Below are positions 1 through 8,644 of a stretch of DNA of 64,000 bases, piece after piece; positions within the stretch are counted from its first letter, which is position 1; each line of letters starts with the position of its first letter. A model generated the notes under the pieces. It had not been told where the DNA came from. It was given only the letters and a program-made list of their open reading frames with translations, and made no database searches. Origin of the DNA: Deltaproteobacteria bacterium (GTDB lineage Bacteria > Myxococcota_A > Polyangia > GCA-2747355 > JADLHG01). The position numbers and the translations under genes were made by a program. Location: positions 8,230-72,229 of the forward strand of contig JADLHG010000020.1 of the NCBI GenBank assembly GCA_020848905.1, in the 5' to 3' direction.

Positions 1-92
1 GCGTTCTTCGAGTCCTGGGCGGAGCCTTCAAACGGACGGGGTACCTCTGCCGGGCCGCGGCCTCGGCGGTGCTCCTCGGGATCATCGAGACC

Positions 93-1226
93 ATGAGCAG
101 CCGGCGAGGGCGCATGGTCCTCGGGCTCCTCGCGCTGGTCGGGCTCGGCGTGGCCGTGACCCTGAGCCGGCCGGTGCGCACCATCGAGCCGGGGGAGGTA
201 GGCCTGCGCGTGAACCGCGTGACCGGGGGGGTCTCGCAGCTCCACGAAGGCTGGGCGCTCGTACTCCCCGGCGTGCACCAGCTCCGCCGCTACCCGCTGC
301 GCGACCAGATCTACCAGCCCGCCGGGAGCGCGCGGTCGAAGGGGCGCTCCCCCTTCCAGTCGGTGGAGGGGCTGTCGGTCGGCGTGGAGGTGACCGTGCG
401 CTACGCCCTCGACCCCGAGCGCGTGGAACGGGTCGCGCGCGCCCTCCCCGAGGACGTGAGCACGCAGCTCATCCGGCCGGTGATCGACGGCGTGCTGCAC
501 CGCACCTTCGCGCGTCACACCGTGCGCGAAATCTTCTCCGGCAAGCGGGCCGAGATCGAGCGCCACGTGCGCGGCGAGCTGACGGCGCTGCTCGGCAAGG
601 ACGGCGTGACGGTGAAGGACGTATTCCTCGGCAACGTGGACCTGCCGGCCGAGTACCGTCGCGGGCTCGAGGGGCTCCTCGGCGAGGGGCTGCGCGCCGA
701 GAAGATGCGCTACACGCTCGAGCTGAAGCAGAAGCAGCTCAAGCAGACGGAGATCGAGGCGCTCGGGGAGAAGCTCAAGCGCGAGAAGGCCGCGGAGGCC
801 GCCGGGCAGGAGCAGATCATCGCCGCGCGCGCGCGGGCCGAGGCGATGAAGCACGTGCTGCCGCTCAAGCAGAAGGAGATCGAGCAGCGGCGCCTCGAGG
901 CGGAGGCCTCGAAGGTCACGCGGCTCAAACAGGCCGAAGCGGACGCCGAGGCGCGGCGCATCGAATCGCGGGGCGAGGCCGACTCGCGCCGCCGGCTGGC
1001 CGACGCCGAGGCGTATCGCCTGGACGTGACGGGCAAGGCGCAGTCGGCGCAGCTCGCCCGCGACGGGGTGCTCATCGCCAAGAACCCGCTGCTCATCCAG
1101 AAGACCCTGGCCGACAAGCTGTCGGACAAGATCCAGGTGATCATCGCGCCGCCGAGCAAGGACTTCTTCGGCAACGACCTGCTCGGCCTCCCCTCCACGC
1201 GCACCGCGGCGAGGGGTGACAAATGA
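93..1226 (+). CDS. SPFH/band-7 (prohibitin/HflC-like) membrane protein
   Basis: ORF 69..1226. ATG at 93 gives the membrane anchor MSSRRGRMVLGLLALVGLGVAVTL. An SPFH-type core follows (EPGEVGLRVNRVTGG...GWALVLPGVHQLRRYPLRDQ...VEVTVRYAL), then a long Glu/Ala/Arg/Lys coiled-coil tail. GTG at 69 is an alternative start. Confidence 0.8.
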   Translation: MSSRRGRMVLGLLALVGLGVAVTLSRPVRTIEPGEVGLRVNRVTGGVSQLHEGWALVLPGVHQLRRYPLRDQIYQPAGSARSKGRSPFQSVEGLSVGVEVTVRYALDPERVERVARALPEDVSTQLIRPVIDGVLHRTFARHTVREIFSGKRAEIERHVRGELTALLGKDGVTVKDVFLGNVDLPAEYRRGLEGLLGEGLRAEKMRYTLELKQKQLKQTEIEALGEKLKREKAAEAAGQEQIIAARARAEAMKHVLPLKQKEIEQRRLEAEASKVTRLKQAEADAEARRIESRGEADSRRRLADAEAYRLDVTGKAQSAQLARDGVLIAKNPLLIQKTLADKLSDKIQVIIAPPSKDFFGNDLLGLPSTRTAARGDK

Positions 1227-2647
1227 CGTGGCTCGCGGTGCTCACGGTGGCGCTCGTCGCGCAGGATCAGACTCCGCTCCTCGCCGCCGCCGAGGAGCGG
1301 GCCCCGCGCCAGGCGACGCTCTGGCCCGGCGACTGGCTGGAGGTGCGCGGCGCGCGGCGCGACTATTTGCAGGTCTACGACCACCGGCACGAGCGTCCGG
1401 GGTACGTGCACCGCCGCTTGGTCAGGGCCTACGAGGCGACCGAGGCTGCCGCGCCGAGGCTGCGGGCGGTGATCGAGTTCCTCAGGGAGCAAGCGGGGGG
1501 CGAGGCGCTCGGGATCGGCTACGTCGCGCTCTACCTCAAGGTAGCGCCGCGGAGCGCGCTCGACGCGGAGGTCTTCTCGGCGCTCGGCACCTTCGCCCAG
1601 CGGCTCGCGTACCGGGCGTCGGCGGAGCGCACGAAACGCGGGCAGGACTCGCTCGGCGCGCACCTCGACGTGGCGCGGAGCTACGGCGTGCGTCTCGCGA
1701 GCTTCGAGAGCGACGGTCGCACGCGCACCTGCTACGACGGCGAGGCCTTCCGGCGGGTCCTGGCCTTCAAGGCCCCGCCCGAGCTGAAGGCGCGGGCGGC
1801 GCTCGCGGTGACCGACCCCGCGTGCGTGCACCCCGAGCTCGGGCCGCGCGAACGGCGCACGGTCCTCGAATGGTCGGCCGCGCTCCTCGATAAGGTGGAC
1901 CCGCTCGCGCTGCCGGCCTACCTCGGTAACCGGCTGCGATTGCGGAGCGCGCGCGTGGCCGCGGAGCTGGCCTTCGAGCTGGCCCGCGCGGGCGATCGCG
2001 CGGCAGGAGCCAAACGGGCTGAGGCGGCGCTCGCCTCGCTCTTGCGCGTGGATCGCCGCGAGCTCGCCGAGGCGGATCTCTTCGCGTACGAGGAGACCCG
2101 GGTGCAGGTGGGCACGAGCCGCTACCTGCGCGGGGCCAGGGCGTCGCGACCGGGGCGTGGGCTCGCGCTGCGGCTCGAGCCGCGGGGTCCCGGCGAGACC
2201 TGCGTCAGGCTCTACGCGCGCGGTCGGACGAACGCGAAGGCGGCCGCTCCGCTCGTCGAACGCTGCACGCACGGGCTCGTGCACGCGGCCTCGGCGCGGG
2301 TGGCTCCGCGCGGCGAGCGGTTGGTCCTGGCCGTGCAACCGCTCGCCGGCTGGCTCGAGCTCTGGGTCTTTCAGCGGGGCGAGAAGGGCTTCCAGGTGGA
2401 CGTGGTGGTCCCCGCGACGACCGAGCCGCGCCTCGGGTACGTGGAGCTGGCGGGCTTTTCCCCCGACGGTGGGCGGCTCCTCCTGGCGCGCGAGGTGGTG
2501 GCCGGCCGGAGGTGGGAGCGGCGCTTCGAGGTGCTCGAGGTGGCCACGTTGGCGGTCAAGGAGCAGGGGGCGATGCTTCGCCGCGTGCCGACCTTCCGCC
2601 GCTGGTTCAGCCCCGAGTGGCGCGGCCAGACCCTGGCGCTCCGGTGA
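1223..2647 (+). CDS. hypothetical exported protein, translationally coupled to the SPFH gene
   Basis: ORF 1223..2647. Its ATG overlaps the SPFH stop (ATGA at 1223-1226). The N-terminus MTWLAVLTVALVAQ is signal-like. It has an SH3-like segment (ATLWPGDWLEVRGARRDYLQVYD) and a C-terminal FSPDGGRLLLA (PD40/TolB-like). No family assigned with certainty. Confidence 0.6.
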   Translation: MTWLAVLTVALVAQDQTPLLAAAEERAPRQATLWPGDWLEVRGARRDYLQVYDHRHERPGYVHRRLVRAYEATEAAAPRLRAVIEFLREQAGGEALGIGYVALYLKVAPRSALDAEVFSALGTFAQRLAYRASAERTKRGQDSLGAHLDVARSYGVRLASFESDGRTRTCYDGEAFRRVLAFKAPPELKARAALAVTDPACVHPELGPRERRTVLEWSAALLDKVDPLALPAYLGNRLRLRSARVAAELAFELARAGDRAAGAKRAEAALASLLRVDRRELAEADLFAYEETRVQVGTSRYLRGARASRPGRGLALRLEPRGPGETCVRLYARGRTNAKAAAPLVERCTHGLVHAASARVAPRGERLVLAVQPLAGWLELWVFQRGEKGFQVDVVVPATTEPRLGYVELAGFSPDGGRLLLAREVVAGRRWERRFEVLEVATLAVKEQGAMLRRVPTFRRWFSPEWRGQTLALR

Positions 2648-2847
2648 GCGGCGGGCAAGCGGGCCTTCAGGGCGATCGCGTTCTCGGAAATGGAAGAGCC
2701 TGGGGAGGGCCTAGGGCGCTCGTGACGCGGGCCCTGGCGGACGCCGCCCCCCTCCATACCCCCATGTCCGAGATCTCGACCGCCCTGAGCGGGCCTTGCG
2801 GCGGACTGTGCAAGCGACGGACCCTGCGTTAACGTAGCGCGCAGCTC

Positions 2848-4968
2848 ATGCACGCTCGCCAGCGCGACGACGATCTCCGGCTCGCACGAGGGCTGTTTGC
2901 GGTGCGAGGCCTCTTTCCGTGGGTTCTCCTTCTTACACTCGGGGGCTGTTCGGCCACGACGAGTCCACCGACGCCGCCGACCCCGGGTCCCGCGCGCGCG
3001 CGGGCGCTGCTCGGGGGGCAGCCCGGGGATAGCCCGTGGCCGTCGGACCTCTTCCTCGTCTCGGGCCGGCTGCGGGTGGAACCGCTGCCCTTCAAGGGGA
3101 GCCCGGCGGCGCTGGAGCGGCTCTCGGCGGCGCTCGGCGAGCTGGACGGCGCGCCGGTCCGCACCTCGATCTTCTTCTCCACCGACGGGGCGGGGACCCT
3201 CGCGTCCGGCCCGCAGTCGGGCGCGGTGCGCCTCTACGACCTGACGAGCGAGGCCCCCGCGAGCCCGCGGGAGCTTCCCCTGCACTATCGGGCGGAGACC
3301 CGGGAGCTCGTGGGCGTGATGCCCGCCGACCTCGTGCTCGAGGAGGGGCACCGCTACGCCGGGGTCGTGGACGAGACCTGGCTCGAACCCTCGTCGGCGA
3401 TGGCGCAGGCGCTCGCGGGTCAGGGCCCCTACGCGGCGGTCTACGCGCCGCTGCGGGCTCGCGCGCAGGCGCTCGGTCTCGACCTGTCGCACGTCGGCGC
3501 CGCGACGGTCTTCACGGTCGGTACGCCGAGCGCGCGCCTCGTCGCCCTGCGCCAGCAGCTCGGCGCGACCCCGCTGCCGAAGGCTCGTGTCACGCGCGTC
3601 ATCAAGGGGGCCGAGCTGGACGACTTCTTCGGCACTCCGAGCACCGCGCGCTCGGGCCTCGGCGACCCGAAGGGCGTCGTGCACGAGGCGATCGCCGCGG
3701 TGGTCCTCGGGACCTTCGAGGCGCCCTGGTACCTCTCGCGCTCCACGACGCAGCTCGGACGCATCGTCTACGACGCGACCGGCGCGGCGAAGCAGAACGG
3801 CACGACGGTGATTCCGTTTCTGCTCACGATTCCGAGGCGCCCCCCCGGTAGCACCGAGAAGGTGCCGCTCCTCATCTACCAGCACGGCCTCAATTCCGGG
3901 CGCGTCCAGGCCGCCGTCGTGGCGAACGACTACGCGCGCGCCGGCTACGCGACGATCGGCGCGGACGCCCTCTGGCATAGCGACCGGGCCTCGGGCGCGA
4001 CGGACCTCCTGCACAACCTGAGCGGTGCGGAGGGGCCCGACGGTCTCGCGGACCTGGACCCGCTCGGCGCGCTGACCGTCTTCTTCACCATCAAGGGGGA
4101 CGAGGCGGCCGGGATCGGCGCCTTCGACGGCCGCTACGTGCAGGACAACTTCCGCCAGGCGGTGGTGGAGCTCGGGCAGCTCGTGCGGCTGGCCAAGCTC
4201 GGGGACCTCTCGGCCGTGGCCGCGGCCGACGCGTCGCTGAAGGGGCTCGAGCTCGACGGGCGCCGCGTGGTCTACACCAGCGAGTCCTTCGGCTCGATCC
4301 TGGGCTCGATGCTCACCGCCGTGGACCCCGACCTCGAGGCCGCCGTCCTCTCCGTCGGTGGGGCGGGCCTCTTCCTCCCCATCTTCAGCAACTCTCCCTT
4401 CTTCTCGTCGCTCCTCGAGCTGCTCCTGCGCGGGACCTTCGATGCCCGGATCGAGCTCGGTCGCCCGGATCTGGTCCCCGCGGCGGCGCAGCGCTCGCTG
4501 AACCTCCTGCAGGCGGCGCTCGAGCCGGGCGATCCGGTGGTGTACGTGCGGCGCATCGCCCGCGCGCCGGTCGGGGCGCCGAAGTCGGTGCTCCTCTTTC
4601 AGGCCTATTCCGACGAGATCCTGCCGAACCAGGCCGGCGAGCTCCTCGCGAGCGCCGTCGGGGCGCCGGTGGTCGAGGTCCTCGGCCGCACCATGCCGCT
4701 ACGCTACGTGACCCTGCCCACCGTGAAGCCCCCCCTCAAGGCCAACCTGAACGGCGCCACGGTGGGGGTGCTGAACGTCGCCCCTGCGACCCACACCATG
4801 TACGTCGGCTTCAAGGGAGAGCACGCCTTCGCCTACGGCTTTCCGCCGATCCGGGCCCTCTCCGCGCCCGTGCCGGTGGATAACCCTACCGAGTGGGTGC
4901 ACGACGTGGCCCTGCGCTTCGCCGACAGCTTCCGCCGAGACGGCCTACCGACGATCTCCATTCCGTGA
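2848..4968 (+). CDS. lipoprotein, putative alpha/beta-hydrolase (lipase/esterase-like)
   Basis: ORF 2848..4968. Lipobox LTLGGC|S after a charged N-region, then a Pro/Thr linker. The core has IYQHGLNSGR and a nucleophile-elbow-like YTSESFGS. Confidence 0.65.
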   Translation: MHARQRDDDLRLARGLFAVRGLFPWVLLLTLGGCSATTSPPTPPTPGPARARALLGGQPGDSPWPSDLFLVSGRLRVEPLPFKGSPAALERLSAALGELDGAPVRTSIFFSTDGAGTLASGPQSGAVRLYDLTSEAPASPRELPLHYRAETRELVGVMPADLVLEEGHRYAGVVDETWLEPSSAMAQALAGQGPYAAVYAPLRARAQALGLDLSHVGAATVFTVGTPSARLVALRQQLGATPLPKARVTRVIKGAELDDFFGTPSTARSGLGDPKGVVHEAIAAVVLGTFEAPWYLSRSTTQLGRIVYDATGAAKQNGTTVIPFLLTIPRRPPGSTEKVPLLIYQHGLNSGRVQAAVVANDYARAGYATIGADALWHSDRASGATDLLHNLSGAEGPDGLADLDPLGALTVFFTIKGDEAAGIGAFDGRYVQDNFRQAVVELGQLVRLAKLGDLSAVAAADASLKGLELDGRRVVYTSESFGSILGSMLTAVDPDLEAAVLSVGGAGLFLPIFSNSPFFSSLLELLLRGTFDARIELGRPDLVPAAAQRSLNLLQAALEPGDPVVYVRRIARAPVGAPKSVLLFQAYSDEILPNQAGELLASAVGAPVVEVLGRTMPLRYVTLPTVKPPLKANLNGATVGVLNVAPATHTMYVGFKGEHAFAYGFPPIRALSAPVPVDNPTEWVHDVALRFADSFRRDGLPTISIP

Positions 4969-6540
4969 GCCGCGCCGCTTCCCCGCGCCGCGAAGCGCCG
5001 CGCCGAGGAGCAGGGCCAGGAGGGCGGGGACGAGCCGCGCCTCCGGGTAGAGAGGGCCTCCGGGCGTCGTCGCGTCGCACCCGCAGCCTCCACCGGAGGC
5101 AGGGGAGCCAGCCCCCGCCTCGCCCGTCACGTGGTCGCCCCCTCCGCTGCTTGAGCCGCCGTCGGTGGGTCGAGGCGATCCATCGATATAGGCATCTCCG
5201 ACGGGTGCGCTCAGGTCAGCGGTAGGTCCCCCATCGGGAGTCCCCGCGGCGCCCGGCACGGTGATCATCATGATCGCGTTCGCCACCGGCCGCTCCGCGC
5301 CGTCCGACGGCACGTTCTTGACGGTCCCGTTCACCCACAGCGTGCTCGAGCCGCCGCCGTCCTGGTTGATGCCGTCCGTCGCCTGGAGCTCGTCTTTGCA
5401 GAACGCACCGAGCTCGGCCATGTTCATGCCCTTGCTGCGCGCCGAGCGGCCATCCACCACCACGAAGAAGACGTAGTCGGCGTTGTAGGCGATGGCGGTG
5501 CGCGGGTTCACGATCACGGCCCCTTGCTTGGCCGAGAGGTCCTGCACGACGCCGCCCTTGAGAAAGATCCAGTTGCCTCCCAGGCTGGCGTAGGCCTTGC
5601 TCCAGTCGACCCCGCCCGCTTGCTTGCAGCTCGGGTCGAAGGCGCTGACCTCCTGCGAGAGCTGGACCGTCTGTCCGACGGTGGCCTGGGCCAGCAGCGT
5701 GGTGGCGGCGTTGCCCGAGGCGGAGAGGACGACCTCGTTCGGCCCGAGCGGGGTGTTCCCCTGGTTCCGGCGCACCTCGAGCACCTTGCCGCTCACGCCG
5801 TTCGGCGACGGCACGATGAGGGCCGGCCGGTCCAGACGGACGCGCACCTCGGAGCCGGTGGCGGCGGTGCCCGTCGTGGTGGCCCAGTGCCGGGTGTAGA
5901 CCACGAGCTCGTTGTCCTTGCGCGCGCGGTTCAGGCCGGCGAGCGGCTGGGTCGGGCCCGTCGCGCCGTACCGCACGAGCTGCTTGTTCTTGTCGTGCTT
6001 GACGCACTCCCCGAGGAAGACGGTGCGGTCGAGCTTCCAGACGAAGCCCGAGTAGGCGGTGACGTCGTTGAAGCGCTTGGCGTACCAGCCGCCGACGATC
6101 TGGCCGCTCTCCGGCACGCCCGTGGTCAGGTCGAAGAAGTCCCCGTTGATCGCCGCGACCACCGTGTAGGGCTTGGCGTCGGACTCCCCCCAGTACCCGA
6201 CCGTGCCGTTCGTGCGCGCGGCCATGCTGGAGACCGTCTCGCGGCCGCTGGCGAGCGAGTCCTTGGCGATCGCCGTGTCCAGGATGGCGCGCGACTCCTT
6301 GCGGTCGAGGCGCGTGACGAAGGCGTCGTTCTCGCCGTTGACGCGGAAGGCGCGGTACTCGATCCCCACCCCCACCTTGGACCACTGCGCGAAGCTCGGG
6401 AAGGCGACGAGCGACGCGGCGAGAAAGCCCACCACGCGGAGGAAGGCGAGGGCGTTTCGCGGCGCCCGCTCCGCCCGGGCGGTCCCGGCGCGCGCCGCCC
6501 GGTTCGTGCCGCACTGCGGCGCTGGAGGGTCCTGGCTCAT
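4945..6540 (-). CDS. phosphodiester glycosidase family (DUF2233/NAGPA-like) protein with MYXO-CTERM-like tail
   Basis: ORF 4945..6540. Signal/anchor ALAFLRVVGFLAASLVAFPSFA. Motifs AAINGDFFD and GINQDGGGSSTLWVNG are typical of this family. The C-terminus GGGCGCDATTPGG...LVPALLALLLGAALRGAGKRRGSR matches the MYXO-CTERM pattern. Confidence 0.7.
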   Translation of the reverse strand: MSQDPPAPQCGTNRAARAGTARAERAPRNALAFLRVVGFLAASLVAFPSFAQWSKVGVGIEYRAFRVNGENDAFVTRLDRKESRAILDTAIAKDSLASGRETVSSMAARTNGTVGYWGESDAKPYTVVAAINGDFFDLTTGVPESGQIVGGWYAKRFNDVTAYSGFVWKLDRTVFLGECVKHDKNKQLVRYGATGPTQPLAGLNRARKDNELVVYTRHWATTTGTAATGSEVRVRLDRPALIVPSPNGVSGKVLEVRRNQGNTPLGPNEVVLSASGNAATTLLAQATVGQTVQLSQEVSAFDPSCKQAGGVDWSKAYASLGGNWIFLKGGVVQDLSAKQGAVIVNPRTAIAYNADYVFFVVVDGRSARSKGMNMAELGAFCKDELQATDGINQDGGGSSTLWVNGTVKNVPSDGAERPVANAIMMITVPGAAGTPDGGPTADLSAPVGDAYIDGSPRPTDGGSSSGGGDHVTGEAGAGSPASGGGCGCDATTPGGPLYPEARLVPALLALLLGAALRGAGKRRGSRNGDRR

Positions 6541-6626
6541 CCCGGTTCCTTTCGAGGCGAGAGGCGGGAGTCCTGAGACCGGACCCGCCTCTCGTGCGTT
6601 TCACCTGCCAACGGAGGATACGTCCC

Positions 6627-7271
6627 ATGAAACGCGCCGCGTGTCTCGCTCTTGCCTTCGCCCTGGCTCCGGTTGCGGCGGAGGCCAGTTCCTTCAAGGC
6701 CTTGCCCGCCCTCGAGGGGCAGGCGACCCCGCTCAAGCTGCGCGTGCTGCGCTACAGCGGCGGTACGAACGGGGAGCTCGCCGTCGAGGTGCAGAACCCG
6801 ACCGACCAGTCGCAGACCTTCGTGGCACGCGGCCTCTACTTCGTCCCCGAGGGGGACCCCGACAAGGCGCCGCAGCGACTCGGGGCCGCGGGTCCGTTCG
6901 AGTGGCAGGACGCGCAGCAGAAGGCGCACTCGGGCAGCGAGCTGAAGCTGCGGCCGAAGCAGACCCTGCGGCTCAAGCTGCAGGTCTTCTGCATCGACTC
7001 GCACCGCGCGAGCCCCACCGCCGAGCACAGCTTCCGGCTCGGCAGCGCGCGGCTGCCGCGCGAGCTCGCGCAGGACATCGACCGCAAGGCGAAGGAGGCC
7101 GTGACGCGCAACAGGGGCGACTTCAAGGCCGCGCCGGCCAAGTCCGAGATCCAGCAGGAGGTCTGGAGCACGCGCAACAAGAAGTGGGTGCCGCTAGAGG
7201 GCGAGCGCAAGAACGAGCGCCCCGCGCCGAGCAAGACCCACCCCGTCCGGCATCAGCGCATTACGGAGTAG
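6627..7271 (+). CDS. hypothetical secreted protein
   Basis: ORF 6594..7271. Internal ATG at 6627 gives the signal peptide MKRAACLALAFALAPVAAEA|SS. No family recognised. Confidence 0.55.
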   Translation: MKRAACLALAFALAPVAAEASSFKALPALEGQATPLKLRVLRYSGGTNGELAVEVQNPTDQSQTFVARGLYFVPEGDPDKAPQRLGAAGPFEWQDAQQKAHSGSELKLRPKQTLRLKLQVFCIDSHRASPTAEHSFRLGSARLPRELAQDIDRKAKEAVTRNRGDFKAAPAKSEIQQEVWSTRNKKWVPLEGERKNERPAPSKTHPVRHQRITE

Positions 7272-7326
7272 CGCGGGGCTCGCGCGCCGCTACCTCGACG
7301 CGCGCGAGTAGCGCGGGGCTCGCGCG
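7266..7326. terminator. duplicated 21-nt GC hairpin element between convergent genes (putative bidirectional terminator)
   Basis: GAGTAGCGCGGGGCTCGCGCG occurs at 7266-7286 and again at 7306-7326. Each copy holds the hairpin GCGCG-GGGCT-CGCGC. The first copy includes the TAG stop of the upstream gene. There is no U-tract, so terminator function is only inferred. Confidence 0.3.
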
Positions 7327-7327
7327 T

Positions 7328-8443
7328 CTACGGCGTCCCGTGCGCTCCCGCCATCGGGCCGCTGGGCTTGGGGGCGTAGAGGTCCGACGGGAAGGTTCCC
7401 TTCGGGTCCACGTGCAGGTTGCCGACGGCCCCCTTCGGCACGCGGAAGAGCGCGTGGTCGACCATGGTGTAGACCCCGGGCACGAGCGCGTCGAACTCGA
7501 AGACCGCGGCCGAGCCGGGCGGGACGAGCACCGTCTCTTCGTTGCGGAGAGGCGTTCCGAAGTGCCCCGTGAAGACCTGGTCGAAGATGGCCCCGATGAC
7601 GTGAAAGCTCGACGGGAGGTTCGGCCCCGCGTTGCCGAAGACGACGCGCACGCGCCCCCCTTGCGGGACGCGCATCCGCTCGCCGAAGAAGGCCGCGTCG
7701 GTGAGCGCGCTCTTGTGCCCGTTCCAGGTGAAGAGGAGCGGGTGCTCCGCGCTCGCCGCGGCCTCGTCGAGGACCAGCACGTCCTTCGGCATCGGAGCGT
7801 GCGCCGAGCTCCCCTCCTCCTCGTGCTCCTCCCCGCCGCCGCGCCCGAGGTACCACTCGCTCTGCACCACGTAGAGCTCGCGGTCCACCGAGGGTAGGCC
7901 CCCCGGCGGCTCGACGAGGATGGCCCCGTACATGCCGTACGCCAGGTGCTCCCAGGGCATCCCCTCGGCCGCGCAGTGATAGATGTAGGCCCCTTGCCGC
8001 GTGGCCTTGAAGCGCAGCTCGGCGGTCTTGCCGGGGGCCACCTCCGTGACCGCGTGCCCGCCGCCGGGGCCCACGACCGCGTGCAGGTCGATGCTGTGCG
8101 GCTCGCGACTGCCGGCCTCGTTCGTGAGGCGGAGGACGACGGTGTCGCCCTCCATCACGCGGATGAGGGGCCCGGGGATCTTGCCGTTGAAGGTCCAGAC
8201 CAGCGTCGGGCGGTCGGCACCCACGTCGGCGATGATCTCCTTGGTCACGAGGTCCACGTTCACCGTCGTGGGCGTCGTGCGCCGGATGACCGGCGGGAGC
8301 TCGAGCGGGTCTCTCATCACGCGCGCGGCCTGGCCGTGGGGCGCGTCGTAGCAGCCGGCGAATCCCGTCGCAACCAGCACGGCGCCCGCCAGCGCGTGAG
8401 CGAGGTGCGTCTTCCGATCGAAGGGGGTGTGACGTGCCGCCAT
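7328..8443 (-). CDS. nirK: copper-containing nitrite reductase, lipoprotein form (AniA-like)
   Basis: ORF 7328..8443. Cu-ligand motifs present: HSIDLHAV (cf. HNIDFHAA), YIYHCAAEGMPWEHLAYGMYGAILVEP (His-Cys...His...Met), SSFHVIGAIFD and YTMVDHALF. The N-terminus has lipobox GFAGC|Y. Confidence 0.85.
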   Translation of the reverse strand: MAARHTPFDRKTHLAHALAGAVLVATGFAGCYDAPHGQAARVMRDPLELPPVIRRTTPTTVNVDLVTKEIIADVGADRPTLVWTFNGKIPGPLIRVMEGDTVVLRLTNEAGSREPHSIDLHAVVGPGGGHAVTEVAPGKTAELRFKATRQGAYIYHCAAEGMPWEHLAYGMYGAILVEPPGGLPSVDRELYVVQSEWYLGRGGGEEHEEEGSSAHAPMPKDVLVLDEAAASAEHPLLFTWNGHKSALTDAAFFGERMRVPQGGRVRVVFGNAGPNLPSSFHVIGAIFDQVFTGHFGTPLRNEETVLVPPGSAAVFEFDALVPGVYTMVDHALFRVPKGAVGNLHVDPKGTFPSDLYAPKPSGPMAGAHGTP

Positions 8444-8644
8444 GGTCCGTTCTCCTGTTACTGGTTACTGGCGCGAGACGTTTCGTGTCAAGCCAGGCGG
8501 TCTTCGCGCTGCGGCTCGCGGGGCGCTGTTTGTGGGCCGAGAGCCAGGGGAGCCCAGTTTTCTCGGAACCACCTGCCGCACGCCGCGTGTAAGGGTGGCG
8601 GACAAGAACTCGGGCCGAGCTCGGCGCCGCGCGAAGGAGAGACG

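Noticed and set aside
710-6736. Long antisense or overlapping ORFs 710..2338-, 2371..4014-, 5216..6736-, 5524..6576+ and similar
   Set aside because: Low-complexity Arg/Pro/Gly-rich translations overlapping genes that have signal peptides and family motifs. Treated as shadow frames.
7946-8644. A 233-codon N-terminal extension of ORF 7946..10144
   Set aside because: It is antisense to the well-supported nirK gene and has no motifs. A signal peptide begins at the internal ATG at 8645.
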